A stretch of 64,000 nt of DNA from Tubiluchus corallicola (taxonomy: Eukaryota; Animalia; Priapulida), in contig JAQGDQ010000004.1 of the NCBI GenBank assembly GCA_030141605.1, positions 310,001-374,000 on the forward strand, in the 5' to 3' direction. The translations under genes were made by a program, and so were the position numbers. Below are positions 1 to 12,884 of the stretch, in pieces. A model generated the notes under the pieces. It ran no database searches. It was not told where the DNA came from and was given only the letters and a program-made list of their open reading frames with translations. The number at the start of each line of letters is the position of its first letter. The first letter of the stretch is position 1.

Positions 1-822
1 AGTTTTCGTCAGGTCTACCAGGTGATTTGTTGAAAGCAAGTAATCACTGAACGAAAGCAGTTGTTGAAGCTACCCAATGAAATGCCATGAATTGAAAATT
101 ATTTATTGCTAGTCTCTTTAAGTGAAAAGTAAAATGGCGTTAAACAAGGCCAGTGGCTATTCGAGGTAAAAGGCTACAGTAGAAGATGAAAATATAAGTG
201 TAGGGCAGAAGAGAATTGTTATATTTAACGTATACTCTATCCTTCTTAGTATGTACAAATAAGCTTGATGATGAATTATGACAGTGGTAATTGTTTTATG
301 TGTTATTACTTCCAGATGATCAGAAGCTCTAACTTGCTTATGCTTTTTTATTTTTGTAGTCGACTTTAAATAAATTATCAATTTAATACACTTATCACTA
401 AAAATTGCAAAAGCATGCATATTACACTAAAGGCTATTTCTGTACATAAAAAGTAGCTTAAAATAAATGTATGTGTTCTACACTTCGTTTGCGAAACTGA
501 AACACGTTTGGTCTCTTTCTTTGATGACTACATAGTAGACTGTAATAGGCTTTACATGCGGTTATGTGTAAAAACGTATACACGCGGGATTTACCTTTGC
601 TCTGTGGACATGCGTCTATGTAACATGCAAATAACTTAAGCTACAAAACATGCAAGAAAACCAACGTATCGGTCCAATACATTTGTCCTTAATTTTTCAC
701 CAGACTGTCTTTACCAGGAAAAATTTGTGGGGAATGAATGTAGTTTGTACGGTATTTGACATTTCTGTATTTAACCTTGCTATACGACAATTAATTGCCG
801 ATTTATGCAAAAAGGTTCTAGA

Positions 823-925
823 ATAGCTCAGGGATTATAGTGTGTGTGCTTGGTTACCAAAGTTAAGCAGTGCCAAGCCTGGTCACTATTAGGGATGGGT
901 AACCGCTAGAAAAAAACCTACTTCT
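823..925 (+). mobile_element. Degenerate SINE head: tRNA-like A-box followed by the internal part of 5S rRNA
   Basis: TAGCTCAGGGA (824-834) resembles a tRNA A-box. It is followed by ACCAAAGTTAAGC (856-868) and GGATGGGTAACCGC (893-906), which match 5S box A and box C with correct spacing (compare the 5S copy at 8288-8405). Confidence 0.6.
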
Positions 926-3900
926 GTGCGGTTTTCTCTAAACACTTTTGTTCTGGCTCTTTAGGCTTTTATAGAAGAAGCAGTATCATACGCATCTGAA
1001 TGAGACTGAAACACCTTTTAATTTTTGTGAAGAACAGATACTGAACTGGGAATGGTTTGTCAGTATAGGGTCTCTTCTCGGAAAAATATTCTTGATAATT
1101 ACGTATTACCTGTTCCCACGACAACTATATACATTAAACAAGCATGTCGTCGAAGCTTGGTCAGTGTCCGCGTGTAGGCACTCACTGTCCGACTGTATAA
1201 GCAATAACAGCAATGAACAAGGGGTGGGCAAAGAGCACTCTTCACTAGAAAGCAGGGTAGTATACATCCAATAATCATAAAGCCGACTGCGATTTCTTAA
1301 AAAATGTATGAATGCATCGCTTATTTAGCTAGAAAAATTCATAACTACAAGGAAAAACATCAGTGATGGGCTATCAGTGCTGCAGCACATAGAGCACCTG
1401 GACTCCACGGCCATACAGGCCTACACCTTGCAGAAAAAAATTAATGAAAGTTTGTTGATTTTAATACCGTTGTAATGAGAAGAATGTAGCCTTTCTTGGT
1501 AGATCCTATGACTGCCTACAAACTATCAAAAATATACAAGATGCTAACGTTTACTCACTTTCCACCAACTCAGCCTCAACTCCCTCGGTTTCGTCACTGC
1601 CTTTCATTCTCGTAATTGTGTTACGCTCTTTGGTGTCACGTTACGAATCCGGGTCACTCATCCAGATAAATCATCGATTTGCTTGCCATCTATCGGACTC
1701 ACATGGGATCATGGGCCGCTTAACAGTTAGTGTCCACAGGGTGTCATCATTATATAACTGTAGTCAATGCTGAACAAATTGAGTTACTACTACCACGTCG
1801 ATTGAGCAATCAATCCACAACTTGCTCAACTCTGATTTCTGAGAACTGGCTTTGGGTCGGCTGAGACAGAATTCTTTACAGTAGTAGCACTGCCGTTTAA
1901 GAAGTTAATTTGGTTTATAGTTAATTCGATATCTGAGCGTCCATAGAGTTACAGCTGCTGGAGGGGGGGGGTAGGGTTATACAATAAGTCGCATAATTAT
2001 ATTTCTTAGTTCCCCAAGAAAATATCTTCACATAAATATCTTTGGCCAATATCGTGACGAATTATCTGATATTCAGGCAGTAAAATGTTACATATCCGGC
2101 GAAAAGGTTATCGCGCTTCCTATATTTAACTCAAATTTAATATAAAAAATAAGATTAATTTTAAGTGTGAAATCTGTTTTACTGGAGGAATTAAAGTGCA
2201 CATTGTGTAGCTAATTGTGACCAGCAGTTATACAAATTATAGGGTTTGTTTTTCGTTTTCTCGTCCTCCAGTAAGGAGCAAATATTTCAAAATTGTTTTA
2301 TTTTTACAGTTCCCGCAATTTTAATATATTAAACACTTCCCTATAGCAAATTGGCTTCTTGGTCGAGGGAAAGAGCGACTTCTCATTATTTTTATACCTA
2401 AGTAGCACGTTTCCAAACACAAAGCAAACATTAATACGCCGGTAATAAATGTTTTAAATATTCATTATTAAAGCAAGAATATTTGACCTTATGTAAATCT
2501 TTCATGCCAAAACAGCAGATTATTACAGTGTCAGAAATTTTAATGAAAAATTATTTTGTCCTGGCTAAAACGATGATTTTGTGAATGACTTTTACCAAAT
2601 GATATAACTGAAACAAAAAAGATATTATTAATACAGATCATTAAAATGCATTTAATTTTAGGTTTGTACCGTCATTATTATAACAGTTTTACACATTTTA
2701 TTGTATCTGTGATTAGCTGCGATGCTGTGTATCTTGTTGTTTAGTCCTTAAATTCGTGTTTAATTTTTGTTAAATTTGTGCTTGTTTTCAAGTTGAACAA
2801 GCACATTGTTTGGCTCTGCAAATCTTCACTCTAGTGCAGTCTTGGGCTAACGTTAAAATTAGAATTCTCTATGCGCCTCCTCCAAGACCACACAGAGGAA
2901 ATCAGGCACAGGAAACTTAATAAGCTTTCCACACAGTTCATACAACAGTAATTATTTCTTCTAATATCCTTCTACTGGGACTTATAACAGCACTGCTTGT
3001 TTAGCAGTAAGACGAATTCCGTTTAGATTATTAAAAGTTGAATTACCCTACGCATAATGAGCCAATTGTCACCTAATTGATAATGAATACAGGTGCAATT
3101 AATAACCCGCTGATTTAATTTCCTTAATCTTGGACATGTTAACACAGATTGCAATAATGGGATTTTTCTTAGCAACCTTATTACGAGGGATGTAAGTGAA
3201 TTTTGTAAACGCAGTAATTACATACTGTGCTTGTTTAATTTGAATGAAAATAAACTATTTGATTTACAAAGAGATGGGGCCATCTATCTTGCACTAGCCG
3301 CCGGTAATGTAATCTGTGCATTAATAACAGGCTAAAAACGCAAAAGCAGTACAAATGAGTTTTGAATATGAATTTTTCGTAAAGAGCGTCTGGAAATTGA
3401 TTTGAACATAGTGAAAAGCATTTGGGTGCTAAACTTGCAACACCCTTAAATGTACGTGACATCTGAATGCATATTATTTGTCCTATTTATTTTAGCCTTC
3501 TTGCATATTAAGTCAAAATTTATAGGAAGAGTACTGTAATGTGTATTGCGGTGACCCACTCGTTAAATTTCTTTCTGCTGCTCCCTGAGGAGTAGACTTA
3601 CACGTGTAACCGATAGTGATCTAATATGCATTGTGAATGATTTCTGATATAGGTCGAATGTTTGTTCGCATTTTTCGCTGTTTAGCTACATTTGTTCAGA
3701 TGAATGATGTGACACTATGCAAATCTACCACGGTTACGCGCTGCCAATTTCTGTAATTGAAATTTATGCAAATAATGGCGTGTTTAAAGTAACTTTTTAC
3801 CCATTCATTAACACGGAACCAGAAACCAAGTGTGAGAAGCCAAGTTTTAAACATATATATAAGGCTTTTAATAACAAAGTAATTCGCATGCTTTTAGATA

Positions 3901-5604
3901 CCCTTCAGTATTACTGTTCTGCTAAAACCATGCATGCACATCTTGATCTCGGAGTATCCTACTTCGATGGCTGTTTTATGGAAAAACATTTATAGCCTAT
4001 AATACCACTCTGTAGCCTCTAACAACCGAAAATAACTCGGTGCATGAAATATTTAATAGGATCGCATATTCCAACATAAAATTCACCAACATTACACAAA
4101 TCAGCTAAATATAAACATCTATTTGCGACTTGTTCGTAATATTTACTGTGTATTACTAGCTTATAAAAATTTATCGTAGATGTGTACGAATTTTGTTGTG
4201 TATATGACGTAGGGGGTTTTACTTCACATGTTTGACATGGACTTTACCTGTAATAAAGCAGTTCTGCCTTGTCTTATCTTATCTTATATTATTTTATCTA
4301 GCTATGAATAGGCCTATGGTATTGAAGAAGAGGCTTGATGTAGATCGATACATTAATAATCAAAGGACTAACGTGCTGATAGCGCGATATGCTAAAGCAC
4401 ATATTGTACAAATCACGTATCCACTTCATTGGCAAAAAAGAAGCAGCCATCAAGTTGCAACTGCTGTTAATTGATTACTTATAATTACACTAAAATACTA
4501 TTTTGTTGAATCACAACAACTGATATATGTACAGAATAATGAATTGTCAGTTTGTGTCAACTTTTCTAATATTTTCTTTCTTTGTTCGTTGCTACCTGTC
4601 TCTCATTCTGTCGTCATTTCCTCGTACTTGAACTTGGAGGTATTGGATAGACCTACAAAAGACTGTACTTTATGGTCGAGGCAGGTAAATACCCCACATC
4701 ACGACTATAATCGCTTAGTGCTTACCATGCACTTCAGAACTCTTAATTTCGCACAGAAATCCCACCGCTCTCCAAACGAGGAAGAAGCTAATTTTTCAGC
4801 TCGTTGATGGGAATAATTAGCAGGTAACACCGTGAAGCGTACCTCTATATACAATATAGTAGTTTGCAATAGATTTTACATTGTGAGGAGGATAGAGTAC
4901 AGATACAGTACTCACTGCTGAGTCACTGTGTTTGCGAGAAAACACTGTTTTATGTTCACAGAAGAAATTACAGGGTGCAACAATTCCATTACATTGTGGC
5001 CAGAAAAGCAACTAATATTCCGAGTTTAACCCTTTAGGGTCGCAATAGCTGGGCTGATTTCCAAACCGATACGCGCTATCCGAAGCCTACTTTTTGTTTT
5101 GAGGATAGGTAATGAATAATACAAACGATAGGTAGAGAAAAATGGGTTAGTTAAAAAGTTTAAATATCGCTAAGCAAATTAAGTAAATTTTTAACAACGA
5201 TGTTTACCGTTTAGGCGTTCGGTAGAGTTAAGAAATCATTAAACTTCTGATATTCTCTTTATGCAGAGAGGGCGACCGTCCGCTGCCAGACAGTTGCACC
5301 CACTCACCAATAAAACTGTTGAAATTTCCATTTTCCATCTTGGTATAAAATTTTCCGACATTAATCTTACGGAACGATTTTGAAAATTGCCTATATTATG
5401 CTGCGAGCCAATAAGAAAAGTGAATAATTCTAAATTCCAAAAAGATGCAATCAGTTTTAGTAAATTGTTTTGTCATGCACTTAACTGAATGATAATAAGT
5501 TAATAACTTAGTGTGTTATATATTGTAGCATATAGTGCAAAAAATTGTTACTGACGTCAGGAAGTCGCACTTGAAAATAAGTTTTCTTTAACCAGCTTGC
5601 TTAT

Positions 5605-5690
5605 TTAAATAAATAAATAAATAAAGACGAAAGAGAAGGAAAGAAGGAAAGATAGAAAGAAAGAAATAAATAAATAAAGAAAGAAAGAAT
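5605..5690. repeat. (TAAA)n/(GAAA)n low-complexity tract
   Basis: Runs of taaataaata and gaaagaaag are directly visible. Confidence 0.85.
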
Positions 5691-5801
5691 AGGTTGGACA
5701 ATTAAATTAATTGGGACACCTCTTAAAACACATAGTACATTTATACAAATTTTGGACCTGTCTGAATGAAAAATCTTAGTAAGTAATACTTTCTATTTTT
5801 T

Positions 5802-5816
5802 CATTAGATGGCGCTA
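5802..5816 (+). promoter_or_regulatory. CTCF-like motif
   Basis: CATTAGATGGCGCTA closely matches the bilaterian CTCF core CCACTAGATGGCGC. Motif match only. Confidence 0.4.
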
Positions 5817-8287
5817 CACGTTGGGCTCAGTTTGACACAGCGACATATTTATAGCACGGTGTCACCATCTACAAATTCGATTTCGTAGAAGCCATAATGA
5901 CTACAAATATTAATCTAGCGAAAAGAATTCGCATTCATGATTTCTCCTTAAGCAATAGAGCCACTAAAATTCTTGACCAACTAAAATAAATACTACAAAA
6001 CTTATCTTCAGTATTATGCATTGACTAGTAGCAGCAAGGAGACTATCAGTATAACCTCCTACGCTGCATCAAAAAGAAAGCTTTGTGCGAATATATTACA
6101 AAAAAAAGATAATGCTAAAATCATTAGAAGCATTATGTTATTTTTAAAGTATTCTAAACCATGAAAAATTTCCAGTAGCATTATCATCTACCAGTAACTC
6201 AGTCATTCCTACGATGGACTTTTGTGTTTTTTTTCAGTTGTTGCGACACTACTTTTCGTCTCCTATGTGATTAATTTCTATGCAAAGTCAGCTAACAAAA
6301 AGCCAGTTTAAGAAGTTCTTCGTGAAACGTATCAGAATGCATGCGCATTATTTTTAGTGAGAAGTGCTTATAAAAGTTGCAGTCTGTACCCAGGAATCCC
6401 CATTGATTTCTTACAATGGTTTATGACGCATCATCATCTAATTGCCTAGATTCAGCCACAATCTATTACATTATAATGTAGATTCTTAAATTACCGTATT
6501 TACCAGTACTATCAATACACAATGACTATAAACTAAGTATCAAATTCCAGTCTCTCATTCAACAATTATTTCCTCATCACACAATGAAATTTTGAAATGA
6601 AGTCGAATTGTTCAACGCAGAAATGCTTGGCGCCCCATTTCTTCTTTCTTCCCGTTTATGCTTAAAATGGCACGAAGTTAATTATTTCTTGCAAATGTCG
6701 TAAAACTATATTATTTCCTGTGAGTCTGTTCAAGTTAATTTTCTTTTCTGTTAATGCTGTCTTTGCTATTAGATTGTCGCGATGTTGAAGATATCACTCG
6801 ATATCACTTTTCGTTTAGAATCTTGGATTGCTTGAAATTTATTTTAAACAATTTTTGTACGTCTAGTCTACGTCTTTAAAAGACTACGATAGATTAAATG
6901 CATGCATATTTTAGAGACCAGCTGCTCAGTGTTCGCATGTTCAATTCTTAGAGCCACTCTGTCGTTTAAAATTGAGGTTGGTTCGTCGCTATACAAAAAT
7001 ATGAGATAGTTTTGAGAGTAGTGAGAATGATAGAGCTTTCTAATTGCAGGCCATTGTTTACTACGGCCGTTACAGTCCTGTCTGCAAATTAGGAATTAAA
7101 ATAACTCGATCGCCTTCAACAATCACAGGTCGCACTCTTGTAATTCAGGTAAATAAAAGCGGTTTTTAAGCTAAATAAAATAAAAAAATTAACGGTAGAC
7201 CTCAGTTATTACCATGAACTTGTATTACATTATGTGTTTGTAACACCGAATGCGTTTGTAGTTACTATCCTGTACCCACTTTTTGAATTTATGTACTCAC
7301 GGTGCAGCTATCTGCAAATTACCTAACATTTCAAATGTAAGTTTTTCTTAATCTGCTTTATCGTACACTGGATGCCGCTACCAAGACTTTGTTACTTACC
7401 GTGCATGCCCCACTTTCATGATTCTTCTTGTACGTATTCGTCTTCTTCAAAGACGAAAGCATGCATCACACAGTTTTTTATGCAGTCTGCGCGATGCTGC
7501 TGCCAAAATATGATTTGCTTTGAGAGAATAATTACTTTATTGCATTTCTTATTCATCCGGTAATTCGATACAAAGTATTTTATGTTGTTATTCTTAATTT
7601 AAGCTGCGGCACTCTTGCTACGTAACTCCTACTAACAACATGAATATAGTACATCAAATTCAGAAGACAGATAAATTGCTTGCCCGTGGCTTAGTCAGCC
7701 CATTCAGTGCATTCTATATATGCATTATTATTATTGTTGCAACATTTTATGTGAAACTGTAGTGAGCGATGTTATAGTTTTACAACTAGCTAATACATTT
7801 TCATTTATATTATGTGTAGTGAAATTTGGCTTTTGTTATGATAAAACAAGTCGTATAATACAGCATTAGCTCGATTGCTGCACTTTCTCGTGGTGATATT
7901 ATTGTTGCATGCGAGGATCGTATCTGACCAATCAACGCGATTGCTGTGTAATGATATTAGGGTGGGGCGATATCCCTTAATGAATTGCGTGTCACGAGAC
8001 TAAGCATAATAAGTTTCACGCAGTGACAGCTGTAAATTTTGACACAACAAATTTGACTCGAAAATACACTCTGCTCTTTCTAATTATGCCCAAAATTCCA
8101 CTTTATTATAGAATTCCACAACTGGTTTATTGGCCTGAATGTATTCGCTGAGAGTGCACATTGAGATAGTCTACTAACAATGAGATGGTTTATCAACAAT
8201 GAACAGTCGATTCATTTCGGGATGAACTGTATACACTGACAATATCTGTTCATTTTAAGGCAGTTTACGTACTTATAATGTCATGCA

Positions 8288-8405
8288 CTACGGCTAAATC
8301 ACGTTGAAAACACCGGTTCTCGTCTGATCACCGAAGTTAAGCAATTTAGAGCCTGGTTAGTACTTGGATGGGTGACCGCCTAGGAATACCAGGTGCTGTA
8401 GGCTT
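8288..8405 (+). pseudogene. 5S rRNA-derived sequence (SINE head, not a canonical 5S gene)
   Basis: CTACGGCTAAATCACGTTGAAAACACCGGTTCTCGTCTGATCACCGAAGTTAAGC...GGTTAGTACTTGGATGGGTGACCGCCTAGGAATACCAGGTGCTGTAGGCTT is a near full-length animal 5S sequence. It has no oligo-T terminator after it and is not in a tandem array. Confidence 0.92.
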
Positions 8406-8829
8406 GCGGGATGCCAACACTGTATCTCGACACTAGGCGGAGGATCTGCACAAGCAGCCAACGGCTAGAGGGCGGACGAGGTCAAGTGACCCAACAGCCA
8501 TGTGTAGAGGAGTAAACCCAAATCAGGAGTGGAGCCCCGAAGGCGGACCAGTGCAGCATGCTCACTGACTCCGGTAGCTCCTGCAGCCAACCTGGTGCCA
8601 AACGTATAGCTCCGCTTTCTTTTGGACTACACCAGGGAGGAAGAGAGGGGGTTCCTGTTGTCTGGGCAACACAGGATTTCCATACACCTTGCCCAGGCGT
8701 GCGCTCTGGAGACGTCCAAGGATCGGATTGCTCAGCCACAGTCGACGCTACAGCTCCATCAATGTGATCAATAACTGACCTCTTGGCGCACACTCCATTG
8801 TCTCCCGAGACAGAAGGATGCCAACAACA
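8288..8829 (+). mobile_element. 5S rRNA-derived SINE (SINE3 type) with bipartite RTE-LINE-derived body and tail
   Basis: Perfect 11-bp TSD AATGTCATGCA at 8277-8287 and 8830-8840. 5S head at 8288-8405. GC-rich middle (8406 to ~8715) resembles RTE-clade 5' UTRs. 8719-8778 translates RIGLLSHSRRYSSINVINN*, like the RTE ORF C-terminus (RIGLxSHxRR). It ends CCATTGTCTCCCGAGACAGAAGGATGC followed by a short (CAA)n tail. Confidence 0.9.
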
Positions 8830-9775
8830 AATGTCATGCAGAATTTATGATATAACCTATTAATTCAGATTTTGTAAACAGGTATAGAAAAAGAAATAGG
8901 CTACAGAGGTCCGAGCTGAAAAAACATATGTTTTCTTCCGAAAAATGTAAAAAAATGTAAGAAAAAGTGATCATCTGACAAGCTTGAAGATAAGGTCTAA
9001 ATTTAAAATAACCGTTATAGTAGTAGGACAGCCGCTTAGCCTGTTAATATTAAATTTAGAGGAAGATGAAGTAAGCATTCGATACGACTAAATTTCCCCC
9101 AAAGAGCCGGCTACTAAATAAGTACTTTTTCGTTTTGCCACTCGTTTATGAAATTCTGTCATAAATATGCATTTGCCGAGCAACGTATTATGCAAATATT
9201 CACTCCTCATCTCATTACTGCCCTGTCTTATACTAAAATCGGAAATCTATATACATAATGGGTCTTATATTTGTATCCTAACTTAGCTGTAGACTGGCAT
9301 GTGTTAATAATCAAAGGTTGAACTTAACCTTGCTAACGTTGCACCTTTAGAACTACAGAATTCACGTGAAAGGCCTCTATGTACCACACCGCATCTAGTA
9401 AACATGAATTACAAATGCACTTTCCTGTGGTGTTTATTGCTAATCAATATATGTAGCACTATAAAAGAGACCTTGATAGATTATATTGACCGAAACCAAC
9501 GATAACACGGTACCTTTGCTCGAAATTTTGTAACTGTGCTAAGCATATGTTTTTTATCTATGACAAACAGAGTATCGTTTTGAAATAAAAATTTGAAGTT
9601 TCCACTTGAACCTGCAGCAGTAAGCGGCTAGTTTATTTTCATTTAGCGCTTCGGCAGCTAGCTCAACATAGTAGATCATAAATACAGGCTGCTTCAAAAA
9701 CAATCAGGTACAGTTTAGGTTACACATAGTATCACATTATCATAAGTTTATAATCTCACTACAATAGTGAATCTC

Positions 9776-10805
9776 GCATTTCACTTCAGTGGTACAATTT
9801 GCCAGTAATACAATTCGCCAGTACATACTTCGCCGGTAGTACATTTTCGCCAGTACACACTTATCCAGTGGTACACCACGTTGTTACAGTATCCATTAAC
9901 AAATGCACGTTTCGCCATTGGTACATTTCGCTAGTGAAAATTCTCTTCTGCATTCGGCATCATATTTAACAAATGTTTCAGTTCGCCCGTAGTACAGTTC
10001 GCCAGTGTACATTTTGTTAGTAAAAATGTTGTAATTTGGTTAAAACCAGTATACAATTTTTATTTATTTAGTTACAGTCTATTTAGTTATTTACTTATTT
10101 AATTATTTGATTACTAAGGTTATCTAGATTACTAACCAATAAGTTTACTGAGCACTTACTATTACTAAGCGGCAAAAAGAAAAGCAGACAAACAAAGTTG
10201 AAATTTTTTACATTTTGTGTCTGTATATCTTTGTCTAGCTTTGAGGTTTTTATCATCTGTTTTAGAAAGACGAATGTTCTAGAATATAGCACAGAAGTTT
10301 TGTTGGCGAAATGTATACTGCCAAAATGTACTACTGACGAAGGAATTAGATACTTTCAAGTTTGCTAAACTACATAAAGGAATAAGGTAATAACATATAG
10401 CAGAAAAATTCTACTGCCGAAAGGTACCACTGACGAACCAATTTCTTATACGGTAAGGTAACAACTTAGCTGGAAACTTTACTGACGCAGTGTACCACTG
10501 GCCAAAAATGTACCATTGGCGAAGTGTACCACTAGCGAACAGAAATAGCAGGGAAGCATTATTGGCAAACTGTACCACTTGCGAAGGGTGTGTTGGGAAA
10601 ACATACCACTTACCAACTGAAACAATTTGTTAAATGTTAAAGTAATAGCATAAAAGAGATTTTATTAGCGAAGCGTACTACTGACAAACTACCACGGGCA
10701 ATGTGTACCACTGGCGAAATGTTTCAATGGCGACCTACACCACTGGCAAAGTGTGCCATTAGCAAACTGTACCACTGGCGATATGGGTGGATACCAGTGA
10801 AATGC
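9776..10805. mobile_element. Foldback-type non-autonomous DNA transposon (MULE/Foldback-like) with inverted subrepeat arrays
   Basis: The left arm (~9786-10020) has repeated TCGCCAGTGGTACA-like units. The right arm (~10304-10795) has the reverse complement TGTACCACTGGCGAA. A unique inverted match links 9964-9983 with 10615-10635. Outer IR is GCATTTCACT (9776-9785) / AGTGAAATGC (10796-10805). Confidence 0.7.
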
Positions 10806-11018
10806 ACTTTCAAATGGATATAAGATCTCGCATACATAGTCTGTTTTGATGGCCACTTGAAAAAAACGGCAGACTCTTAAAATACAACCTTTTTACTGTG
10901 GCCTAGCCTTCGCGGTTTTAATCTGTTAAGCAGTTAAATAATCTAAATTGCTGAGTGTATCTAAAACCTCGGGGTTTAGGCAGCCAAGTCAACATTTCTT
11001 GCCACCAATTGACAAATA

Positions 11019-11033
11019 CCCCCCCCCCCCCCC
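11019..11033. repeat. C15 homopolymer
   Basis: Directly visible. Confidence 0.95.
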
Positions 11034-12122
11034 AAGATCAGTTTTAGGTGCATTTTTATCAGTTAACTGGTCCGGAAATGAATGACAATTCAATTAAAAA
11101 TAGTAAAGCAGCTCACCAATGGCTATCTTAATAAAATAATGTCTAAAATGTCGTTCATACTTTTAAGTAAACAGTGTAGAATACTTGCTGGTCTTAATCG
11201 TGAGTAACGTGCCCAAAATTGACTTCGGTAATTGTATTTTATGTCGTTGCTGTAATACTGAATCAATCGTATAACATCAAAAAAGGTCATAGCTAGTTGT
11301 TATGAGCCCTCTCCTCCGCTTTGTTGCTAAGTGTACGTCAGCCATCCACACATACGTTTTGCTGGCGCGATCAGAATACTACAGAATGATTAAAAATGAT
11401 TAAAAATCATTGTGTTCGTTGGTTTCACTCTCCAAATGGGATCTTACTTTATTCTGTCTTTCTGGTTTAACACGTAACACAGCGTTTACCATAATAGAAC
11501 ACGGACTTATCAGCAAACAATCACGGAACAGAATTAACTACCTCCAAGACCGAGAGCAAGTACCCAAACCAGATTGCCAGTGAAACTATATAAAATGGTG
11601 GCAAACTTGTGTTAGTTCAATTAGAAATCAATTTAACGCGGGCCTGATTTTTTTTAATTAAACTGACTAGATAGACTTTGAACGGTCACTCACGTGCTCT
11701 GGACTGAGTTGTTTAAGATTCAGGTCCAGCCTTGCCGACCACATGATCAATACAGCTCCAGTTGCATTCAAGTCTGGAATTAAAATTGTCAGCTAACAGA
11801 GTGTTCATCATCCTCGTGCACAATTGATTAACACTTCAGAGATGCCGCCATTACTGCCAATCTTTATGAATTCACTGATTAAAAGCTATTCCGCCTATGA
11901 TATCTTGAAATTGAGTATCCATTTTCTGCATAATTTGTCTGACTGATTAAAGTTATATGAGTCAAATCTTAAGAATAATGCTTTATGTCAGTTAAAGCTT
12001 ATCGTTTTGAAGAGGATCTTATTCCTAGCATCAGGTGACACATTTGTCACAATCATATGTGCATAAACGACGTCATTGGCTGGATCTCAACTTACTGCAA
12101 TTGTGGTTTCGCTAACAGAGCA

Positions 12123-12884
<762 letters not shown>

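Noticed and set aside
3717-3995. 92-aa ORF
   Set aside because: No recognisable domain and no compatible splice sites. The length is expected by chance.
8288-8405. Functional 5S rRNA gene
   Set aside because: It has no terminator, is single rather than arrayed, and is flanked with its downstream body by a TSD.
8482-8793. ORFs 8482..8793 (-) and 8558..8767 (+)
   Set aside because: Both lie inside the GC-rich SINE body, where stop codons are rare. They are not genes.
9786-10795. CRISPR-like repeat array
   Set aside because: The units are degenerate, adjacent or irregularly spaced, and inverted between arms. There are no unique spacers or cas genes, and the context is eukaryotic.
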